Below, in pieces: positions 57,328-64,000 of a stretch of 64,000 nt of DNA. The notes under the pieces are model-generated. The model saw only the letters and a program-made list of their open reading frames with translations, searched no databases and was not told the DNA's origin. Position numbers and translations under genes: made by a program. How positions within the stretch are numbered: position 1 is the stretch's first letter; every line of letters starts with the position of its first letter. The DNA comes from a bacterium (GTDB lineage Bacteria; Patescibacteriota; Dojkabacteria; B142; OLB20): assembly GCA_021463645.1 (NCBI GenBank), contig JAJTYI010000005.1:64680-128679 (forward strand), written 5' to 3'.

Positions 57328-58116
57328 TTAGTTTTTCTTCACCAAGACATCAACAGCTCGCTGACCTTGTTTGTAGTCACCCATTGCAATCAATTTATAA
57401 TTTTTCTGTCCGCTAAGAAGTTCTAATATTTTTAGATACCCTTCTCTCTCTAACTCAATTTCAACAAGAAGATATTTGAACTTATCGATTACGTCTAATC
57501 CACTATTTAATACATTGTATTCTGAGCCCTCAGTATCAATTTTTAATAAATGAAACTCCCCTTTAACTTCATCTGAAACAAATTTACTCAATGTAATTGA
57601 AGGGACTTTTATTTTTTGATTTTGTTTCCTGGAATCATCTGGAAATAAAGAGTTCAGTTGTGTACTTATTTCTGAGATATACAATTCAACATCTTCTTTG
57701 TTTGTTATCGCATATTGAAAATTTTGGTTATTAGGGAAATTCTTCTTTAGAATTTCAAAAGTAGTCTGAAATGGCTCCACGCTTGCAACTTTTTTTGCAT
57801 TGATAATTTTTTCAAGAAAAAAGGCAAATTCCCCCGCATGCGCACCAATATCTACAACGCTTATTCTCTCAGGTAGATATTTTTTTAGAAAAATATTATC
57901 AACAATTACTCTTTGTAAACCAACATACCCATACTTATTGGGAAAAGTGAATTCTTTACCTAGAAATTTCCCGTGATTTCTTTTGTTTGCTCCCAATAAC
58001 CTGAGAATAAAATACAGGTATTTTTTTATAATTAGATTGAATCTATCTAATAAGCTAATCTCGCTTATTAACAAGAATTTAAAATCTAGATTGAGAGATT
58101 CTTTTATCAAGTTCAT
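57328..58116 (-). CDS. FkbM-family SAM-dependent methyltransferase
   Basis: VVDIGAHAGEF (SAM motif I) and LLKIDTEGSEYNVL, typical of the FkbM family. Confidence 0.7.
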   Translation of the reverse strand: MNLIKESLNLDFKFLLISEISLLDRFNLIIKKYLYFILRLLGANKRNHGKFLGKEFTFPNKYGYVGLQRVIVDNIFLKKYLPERISVVDIGAHAGEFAFFLEKIINAKKVASVEPFQTTFEILKKNFPNNQNFQYAITNKEDVELYISEISTQLNSLFPDDSRKQNQKIKVPSITLSKFVSDEVKGEFHLLKIDTEGSEYNVLNSGLDVIDKFKYLLVEIELEREGYLKILELLSGQKNYKLIAMGDYKQGQRAVDVLVKKN

Positions 58117-59058
58117 TTATTCAAAACTCTCAATGAGTAAATAGTCTTCGCAATCACAACTTAAACCTCTGCATAAGATTTTTTCAGTATCATAGATTGC
58201 ATTTATTTTCACACTCTGACCGAGTAAATTCCTATTCTGAAATAATGGATATTCGTTTCCATCTCCCGGGGTAATACTACGAAGTAAAAGTGAACTATTA
58301 CTCGATCTCAAATATGAGCCTTCAATTTTAAGATAATATCCATCTGGACACTGAGGTTTGCCCGCACCCTCTCCCGTTACTATTGTACCCTCTGCTTCAA
58401 AACGATCTGTCTTATATTCAAACGTTCCTATTACATTTAGAAATTCGAGGAACATTTCACTTGTCTCAGCAGTTTCGTTTGTTAAGGAATAAGTCGTGAA
58501 AATAAAGATGTATTCTTCTTTCATCAGATAATTACGAATCACTACTTTGTCATCTTCGACAATTTTCTCTTTTCGCCTAATCACTTCTGCATCCTGATCG
58601 ATTTTGTAGATATTCGACCATTCCACAATTACTGCTGGCAATCCCGCATTTGCAGTAGCATTTTCAATATCTAAAGATAATACATAATCGTCTACAGTTT
58701 CGTAATTATGCTGAACTGCTCTCACACCTAGGGAGCTTTCATCGTCCGCAATGAATAAAACATCATCTTCTGGTGCGTCATAATCAATTTCCCACGACTG
58801 TTGAATATCAAACTTATACAAATACGCACGGTCGATATACTTTGTCCATCTACTTGAAAAGTCGATAATCGTCGGAGTTAAACCGATGATAGGTGTAGTC
58901 GTAGGGGCTGTATTTAAATCTTCCTGTCTATTTAGAAAACCACCACCCAATCGTGACATAAGTAAAAATATCCCAATACACAATAATGTCAATAGTATTA
59001 CCACTACTATTGCAAGTTTGATAAACATTGATTTTGCCTTTTGTGATCCTTCGTCCAT
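58117..59058 (-). CDS. Membrane-anchored hypothetical protein (313 aa)
   Basis: N-terminal TM (LAIVVVILLTLLCIGIFLLM). There is zero gap to the downstream methyltransferase gene. Confidence 0.6.
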   Translation of the reverse strand: MDEGSQKAKSMFIKLAIVVVILLTLLCIGIFLLMSRLGGGFLNRQEDLNTAPTTTPIIGLTPTIIDFSSRWTKYIDRAYLYKFDIQQSWEIDYDAPEDDVLFIADDESSLGVRAVQHNYETVDDYVLSLDIENATANAGLPAVIVEWSNIYKIDQDAEVIRRKEKIVEDDKVVIRNYLMKEEYIFIFTTYSLTNETAETSEMFLEFLNVIGTFEYKTDRFEAEGTIVTGEGAGKPQCPDGYYLKIEGSYLRSSNSSLLLRSITPGDGNEYPLFQNRNLLGQSVKINAIYDTEKILCRGLSCDCEDYLLIESFE

Positions 59059-59065
59059 AGCTTTT

Positions 59066-59527
59066 TTAAATTAATTTTGAATATGAAATATTTGTATTTA
59101 AATTTAATAGAATTTCTGGAAGCGACTTTATGATATCAGCTAAATCTTTGTCATCTGCAAATTCATAATTAGACAAATCTTCTGGCTTTACCCATTTATA
59201 TTCAGAATGTTCTGCGCTTAATTCTACTTTTCCTTTGGCACTACATAAATAAATATTTCTATATACAATTAGGTCATTTCCAAGTTTACCTTTGAACTTC
59301 GAGCTGGATAATGTACAGATTATTTTATCTAATTTTAGACCAACTTCCTCTTTAATTTCACGATTCAGGGCCTCAAACAAAGTTTCATCATTATCTAGTT
59401 TTCCACCTGGCACATCCCATTTATTTACATAAATTAATTCTTTGTCGCGTTTAACAATTAAAATCTCCCCTTCATCGTTAATGATAAAAGCTTTTTGTCC
59501 GAATATTACGTTATTGAAAGTGTTCAT
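59066..59527 (-). CDS. NUDIX hydrolase
   Basis: Nudix box GGKLDNDETLFEALNREIKEEVGL. Confidence 0.85.
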   Translation of the reverse strand: MNTFNNVIFGQKAFIINDEGEILIVKRDKELIYVNKWDVPGGKLDNDETLFEALNREIKEEVGLKLDKIICTLSSSKFKGKLGNDLIVYRNIYLCSAKGKVELSAEHSEYKWVKPEDLSNYEFADDKDLADIIKSLPEILLNLNTNISYSKLI

Positions 59528-59566
59528 GATATGAAATATTTTATTAATTATACACTTATCAGTGAT

Positions 59567-60250
59567 TCATTTCTTCGCGATTAAATGTTTATCGTAACCT
59601 CGTTTAACTAATTCCTCGTATGCAACCGAGACTTCATCAGGAATTTCTTGATTAACTTGAAAACCCATTTCTGGATACAATTTGATTCTTTGAAGGTCTC
59701 CGACCATAATATTAATTATTACATCTCGATCAATTACTTTCCCTACGTAATCCTCATAAGTGATAGGCATTGAAGTTACCATCAATTTAGTATTTTTAAT
59801 AGGCCAATAGTTCTTAAAAACAGCATATGCCCTTCTTTCCATAGTAGGTTTATGAACTAATATCACTGCTCTAGGAATTAAATTTTTCTCTTTGAGAATT
59901 TCATATGATAAAGTAACGTTTTCCCCAGAATTTGTCGATTTGGTTTCGAGCAAAATTGATTCCTTTGGGACACCATTCTCGAGAACTACTTCATAATATT
60001 TCTCTGCCTCCGAATCAGTACCCCAATTTGTACGCTGTAAATTTTCCTCGTCTGGAATCCATTTATTGGTAGCATTTCCACCAGAGATTAAAACCAGAGG
60101 TGCATAGTTTTTATGAAATAATTTAGCACAGTATTTGGCAACCGATAAATCTAGAGACGTAAAACACATCAATATATCCGCCTTCTTAACTTCATGATTT
60201 AAGTGGTGATAATCCCAGAGGGTTTTCGCATATTTATCGACATTATCCAT
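59567..60250 (-). CDS. YdcF/DUF218-family protein
   Basis: LVLISGGN and KSTNSGEN motifs, on a Rossmann-like pattern typical of DUF218. Confidence 0.65.
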   Translation of the reverse strand: MDNVDKYAKTLWDYHHLNHEVKKADILMCFTSLDLSVAKYCAKLFHKNYAPLVLISGGNATNKWIPDEENLQRTNWGTDSEAEKYYEVVLENGVPKESILLETKSTNSGENVTLSYEILKEKNLIPRAVILVHKPTMERRAYAVFKNYWPIKNTKLMVTSMPITYEDYVGKVIDRDVIINIMVGDLQRIKLYPEMGFQVNQEIPDEVSVAYEELVKRGYDKHLIAKK

Positions 60251-60289
60251 GCTTAGATTGATAATTTATAAGATTATAGCTTATGCAAC

Positions 60290-60313
60290 AAAAAAGGGCT
60301 CCCTAAGGAGCCC
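60290..60313 (-). terminator. Intrinsic terminator downstream of 60335-61033
   Basis: GGGCTCC (60296-302), loop CTAA, GGAGCCC (60307-313). It is flanked by an A-run on the plus strand (a U-run on the minus strand) and by TTTT on the other side. Confidence 0.7.
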
Positions 60314-60334
60314 TTTTAATCTTTTCTTTAGCTA

Positions 60335-61033
60335 TTAGTAAATACTAATATTCTTCACTGCAACACCTTTTACGACTTTATTTGGATACTCAACTCTTAA
60401 ATTAAGAGTTTTTGTACATGTTCCCTTTGAATCACCGGTCTCACCAATTTTGGTTGTAGGTTGACCCCATTCACTTGTTCCCTTACATACTCCTTTTGAA
60501 CTCCATTTCCAGTTCAATTTATTATAGTTACTTGCTCCACTATAAGCAGATTCTAGCCAAAATGTCTGACCTACTTTTGCACTAGAAGGTCCTGCTATGT
60601 TTACTGTTACTGTTTCTGAAGGTAGAACGTTTACTGTGTCTGTAACAGTTCCTGGAATAATCACTCCATCTGTAGGTTGACCATTCACCATCTTTGCTTC
60701 ATAAATAGCCTGACCATCGACTGTAACTACACAGTTTCCGACATTTTTAAATGTAAAGTTTTTCTTAGCATACCAAGTAGTGGTAGTTGTTGTAGATTTT
60801 GTTCCACAAATATTCCAATTCCATTTGTAGCTGTCTGCATTTTGTGAATTGAAGAATTTTGCTTCAAGTGATAATTTGTCACCTTTACCCACAACTGACT
60901 GTCTTTCAAGAGTCATATTGTAACCGACTGCTCTGTTATAACTTGTGTATGCGTTGGCATCTTTAATTCCTAAGAAAGGAATGGTTACTAAAACCAATGC
61001 CATTATTACTGCTTGTATTTTTAAAAATTTCAT
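60335..61033 (-). CDS. Secreted protein with two Cys-paired beta-sandwich repeats (232 aa)
   Basis: Signal peptide MKFLKIQAVIMALVLVTIPFLGIKDANA. WNWNICG...GNCVVTV and WKWSSKGVCKG...GTCTKTL motifs resemble those of 47407-48708. Confidence 0.7.
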   Translation of the reverse strand: MKFLKIQAVIMALVLVTIPFLGIKDANAYTSYNRAVGYNMTLERQSVVGKGDKLSLEAKFFNSQNADSYKWNWNICGTKSTTTTTTWYAKKNFTFKNVGNCVVTVDGQAIYEAKMVNGQPTDGVIIPGTVTDTVNVLPSETVTVNIAGPSSAKVGQTFWLESAYSGASNYNKLNWKWSSKGVCKGTSEWGQPTTKIGETGDSKGTCTKTLNLRVEYPNKVVKGVAVKNISIY

Positions 61034-61143
61034 ATTAAATAATTAATAAATAAAATAAATTAACTTAACTATATATATATTATATACCACATATACATTT
61101 TTGTGTTAAAAAAGTTATTTTTGTATTATTAAGAAATTAATAA

Positions 61144-61740
61144 ATGTATATGTTGATAATTTCACTATTCTGGTTTTGTGTTGCACTTAGTATTGCTCTC
61201 TTTGAAATTGAGCTTGAAGGTAGGTATGGATGGGCAGAAAAAAGCGCAACTTGGAGTAGGAAATTTATGCCACCTAAAATATTTCGACTTTTTTCAGGTG
61301 CAAGAGTTCTAACCGGGTATCATTTGTTCCTAAATATATTTCTATTTCTTTTTATGCACTCTCCTTTTTTCTTTGGGACAGAGTTCACAATAATTGCCGA
61401 ATTGAGATTATTGGCAATTTATTTAGTTTGGACAACTTTCTGGGATTTTCTCTGGTTTATTCTAAATCCTTATTACGGTTGGAAGAAATTTGCACCTAAA
61501 GCTGTCTGGTGGTTTGGGGAAGAACCATGGTTAATGAATAAATTACCTGTAAAGTACTTTGTTCAAATTGGTATTAGTACGTTTCTAGTAATAATCGCAA
61601 TCTATATAGGCGCCACTAACAATTTGCTAATGGATCACTTTGTAATGATAATGCCATTTATTTTATTCACTGTATTAACACATCTGCTAATTCGCCCAGT
61701 ATTTCATAAGTACTACTGGGCTCTGCACCAGAAAACCTAG
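61144..61740 (+). CDS. Trp-rich polytopic membrane protein (198 aa)
   Basis: ORF with 5-6 hydrophobic segments. It is convergent with the heliorhodopsin gene, and the 3' ends overlap by 4 nt. Confidence 0.6.
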   Translation: MYMLIISLFWFCVALSIALFEIELEGRYGWAEKSATWSRKFMPPKIFRLFSGARVLTGYHLFLNIFLFLFMHSPFFFGTEFTIIAELRLLAIYLVWTTFWDFLWFILNPYYGWKKFAPKAVWWFGEEPWLMNKLPVKYFVQIGISTFLVIIAIYIGATNNLLMDHFVMIMPFILFTVLTHLLIRPVFHKYYWALHQKT

Positions 61741-62516
61741 CGTAATGTTCCGCTCCAAACCTGCCACGCTAGTAATGACTTAGCTACTAGACTAAGAGCA
61801 ATATAGACGACTTCACCAAAAAGATAATTTTTCCATCTTCCAACTTTTTTGTATTGGAGGATCATATTGATAGCAAACACATTGAAAAACACTAGTAGTG
61901 ATATAAAAATTCCATATACAAAGTCAGGAACAACTGTGACTTCATTTGTGTTTTGGACTGCCCCATAAAAATACCAGCCCATCACTACCCACGGAACCGC
62001 ACCTGCGATACAACCATAGATGAATGATGTCCAGTCAGTTTTGGATGTTGTTTGATTATGTAATTCCATAACATATCCAAACAAAATCATCATCATGTTC
62101 AAGAAGAACAGCAAAATCAAACTTGGTGCATCGAACATTCCAACCAAGATTCCAATAATCACTATCATCCACGATGAGCTAAAAGCATATTCAATCCATC
62201 TGGCATAATTAGCACCTTTTTTTAGATTTTCAACATATTTGGGGAAATATACTGTTGCAATAATAAAATGAGCTAAAGCCGACATAAATAGGAATACCGC
62301 AACCGAGTAACCCAAAGGTAATTCAAATAGGACTTCCTTCTCCTGCAATACCTGCATCGCTTGTGTATCAAACTTCAAAAATTCTGTGGTTAATTTTGTA
62401 GATGTATCATTACTGACAACAACCATTAAAATACCTTGCAAAAGATGTAGAAAACCCATTACGAGATTGTACAATTTAAGCTTCCGATACGTTTGTGGGG
62501 AATCCGTTAGTTTCAT
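61737..62516 (-). CDS. Heliorhodopsin
   Basis: The 259-aa ORF is colinear by eye with heliorhodopsin 48C12. Matching blocks are FLHLLQ, ALAHFI, ARWIEYAFSSSWMIVII (the Glu counterion position) and ILFGY. Further blocks are GCIAGAVPWV, VPDFVYGIFISLLVFFN and YIALSLVAKSLLAWQVWSGTL (the retinal Lys position). Confidence 0.9.
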   Translation of the reverse strand: MKLTDSPQTYRKLKLYNLVMGFLHLLQGILMVVVSNDTSTKLTTEFLKFDTQAMQVLQEKEVLFELPLGYSVAVFLFMSALAHFIIATVYFPKYVENLKKGANYARWIEYAFSSSWMIVIIGILVGMFDAPSLILLFFLNMMMILFGYVMELHNQTTSKTDWTSFIYGCIAGAVPWVVMGWYFYGAVQNTNEVTVVPDFVYGIFISLLVFFNVFAINMILQYKKVGRWKNYLFGEVVYIALSLVAKSLLAWQVWSGTLR

Positions 62517-62554
62517 TTTGGATAAATAATGAATTATATTGGTATATTATAATA

Positions 62555-62992
62555 TTACTGATGCGAAGACAATGCGCCAATCTCCCTCTTCAAAAAATCC
62601 TCCACATCCTCCATTTTTAACAACTCATCCAATGTGAACCACCCTACTTCTAAAGTTTCCTCCAGTGGCTCTGCTTCACCTGACTTCCAATGACATAAGA
62701 AAGTTAATCCAACTACTGATGATCCGTCGGAACGTTTGAATGTGTTGTTGTATACCAAATCAATTTCGTCAGTAATCTCAACACCAACTTCTTCCAGGAC
62801 TTCTCTTTTGAGAGTTTCTTGCAAGATATTCACTGTTTCATCGTCGTCATCAACCTTCCCTCCAGGGATGGACCAAACACCTGGCATATGTACCTCATCC
62901 ATCCCTCTTCTCGCCAAAAGATATTTATCGCCTTTCTTCACCCAAGCTTTAACTGCGACTATGTGAAATTGAGCGTTATCTTTGGTTTGCAT
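62555..62992 (-). CDS. NUDIX hydrolase
   Basis: Nudix box GGKVDDDDETVNILQETLKREVLEEVGV. Confidence 0.85.
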   Translation of the reverse strand: MQTKDNAQFHIVAVKAWVKKGDKYLLARRGMDEVHMPGVWSIPGGKVDDDDETVNILQETLKREVLEEVGVEITDEIDLVYNNTFKRSDGSSVVGLTFLCHWKSGEAEPLEETLEVGWFTLDELLKMEDVEDFLKREIGALSSHQ

Positions 62993-62994
62993 CG

Positions 62995-63285
62995 TTAAAA
63001 GTCCTCACTCTTATTATCACCTTCTTTCCAACCCCATCTCCATTTGCCTTTCGGAGCTTTTCGAACAGTGAAAAGTAACAAGATTGAAGTAGTTGTGATG
63101 ATGAAAATTAGATATCCAATTGAATACAAAGTATCGCCTGATTCAAGTTTATCGGAGAATAATATGACGCCCATGATAATTATGGCCAAGTAAGCTAAGA
63201 TCAATAGCCATCCTTCTATACTCGATGGTGTCCAGCCATATCCATATCTTTTTCTTTTGAACCAATATTTGTTTTTGCTTTTCAT
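62995..63285 (-). CDS. Small two-pass membrane protein (96 aa)
   Basis: ORF with two hydrophobic helices and basic termini. Confidence 0.5.
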   Translation of the reverse strand: MKSKNKYWFKRKRYGYGWTPSSIEGWLLILAYLAIIIMGVILFSDKLESGDTLYSIGYLIFIITTTSILLLFTVRKAPKGKWRWGWKEGDNKSEDF

Positions 63286-63358
63286 TTCGAGAAGAATAAT
63301 TATTAGTTGATTATACTGTAAATTGGATATGTATGAGTAGATGATTTAGAGGGTAAAC

Positions 63359-63551
63359 GGGACTCCGCGGTTAAACCGCGGAGAGACGCGAAGGCGTTCA
63401 TTTCCTTTTTGGGACGAACTACGAAGTGACGAGGAGAGTTCAAGCCCCTGAGGTCTTCCCGTGCTTTAAGCACGGGATCTCGTAGGACCTATAAGTTCAA
63501 GTGAGAAGAAAAATGGGACTCCGCGGTTAAACCACGGAGAGACGCGGAGGC
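63359..63551. repeat. GC-rich palindromic repeat cluster, same family as 7021-7097
   Basis: A 37-nt direct repeat GGGACTCCGCGGTTAAACC[GA]CGGAGAGACGCG[AG]AGGC occurs at 63359-63395 and 63515-63551. Each copy is a hairpin (CTCCGCGG/CCGCGGAG). A further hairpin CCCGTGC-TTTAA-GCACGGG lies at 63458-63476. Confidence 0.8.
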
Positions 63552-63553
63552 AG

Positions 63554-63961
63554 TCAATACCCCACACCCCTCTTCCTCTCAGCCTCACGCACTTCATTCT
63601 CATCCATCCCAAAGTGGTGTGCGATTTCATGCCAAACAGTGTTTCTAACAATCTCACGCATTCTATTAACATCTCCTCTCGTAGCATTTTGAATAGGTCC
63701 TTGGAAAATTGTAATTCTATCAGGCATAGCCATTGCGTAATTTGTACCTCTTTTAGTCAGGGGCACACCTTCGTAAAGTCCAAACAGAGTCCACCCTGCT
63801 CTGAGGTTTATTTTTCTTTGTTGATCAGGGCTTGGGTAAGGCGAGACGAAGATGGCAACATTATCTAATTTTTGTCTAAATTCAAGCGGGATTTGCTCAA
63901 TACCTTCTTGTACTAATTTTTCGAATTCTGTTTGATCCATGTTTATGAATAATTCATTCAT
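63554..63961 (-). CDS. Small zinc metallopeptidase-like protein (zincin fold, HExxH)
   Basis: The C-terminal WHEIAHHFGMDE contains HExxH. LFGLYEGVPLTKRG and PDRITIFQGPI are typical of the minimal zincin family. The frame stays open upstream to the window end, so the start is uncertain. Confidence 0.7.
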   Translation of the reverse strand: MNELFINMDQTEFEKLVQEGIEQIPLEFRQKLDNVAIFVSPYPSPDQQRKINLRAGWTLFGLYEGVPLTKRGTNYAMAMPDRITIFQGPIQNATRGDVNRMREIVRNTVWHEIAHHFGMDENEVREAERKRGVGY

Positions 63962-64000
63962 TTTAACATGAGTGTATCTATCAACAGGAAAAGGAGAGAC

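Noticed and set aside
63466-63687. 73-aa minus-strand ORF (MLREEMLIECVRLLE...)
   Set aside because: It overlaps the metallopeptidase gene out of frame and runs through the palindromic repeat cluster.

Overview
The window is AT-rich, gene-dense bacterial DNA read in the standard genetic code; TGA, TAA and TAG all act as stops. Gene content looks like a small-genome CPR/Patescibacteria-type organism, but that placement is inference only. The supporting content is three class I aminoacyl-tRNA synthetases (cysS, valS, metG), tmRNA, an isolated argH-argG pair, a heliorhodopsin, several Nudix/HIT/TatD/nuclease housekeeping genes, and three giant envelope proteins with Pro/Thr-rich linkers. I saw no rRNA, tRNA, CRISPR array, transposase or integrase. 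All domain calls come from motif recognition by eye, with no database search. Main points: (1) An open minus-strand reading frame of at least 2233 codons fills 1-6699. It is missing from the ORF track only because it runs off the window edge. (2) Two adjacent paralogous giant genes (27660-37904) share an N-terminal CheY-like receiver domain and a C-terminal membrane/CarboxypepD_reg-like module. Their central ectodomains are completely different: 12 NHL repeats in one, a right-handed beta-helix in the other. (3) valS carries an in-frame insertion of about 370 aa that looks like a Ser-hydrolase plus a histidine phosphatase, placed inside the catalytic core. (4) The last ~157 bp of valS are duplicated 1.35 kb downstream, bracketing a single orphan gene. 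(5) A textbook T-box antiterminator/terminator sits upstream of argH-argG, followed by a possible Arg-rich leader-peptide attenuator. (6) A four-copy interspersed repeat family divides 18-27 kb into small gene modules next to the 3' end of ssrA. (7) GC-rich palindromic repeat clusters occur at 6.8-7.1 kb and 63.36-63.55 kb. (8) One DsbA-like protein appears circularly permuted.
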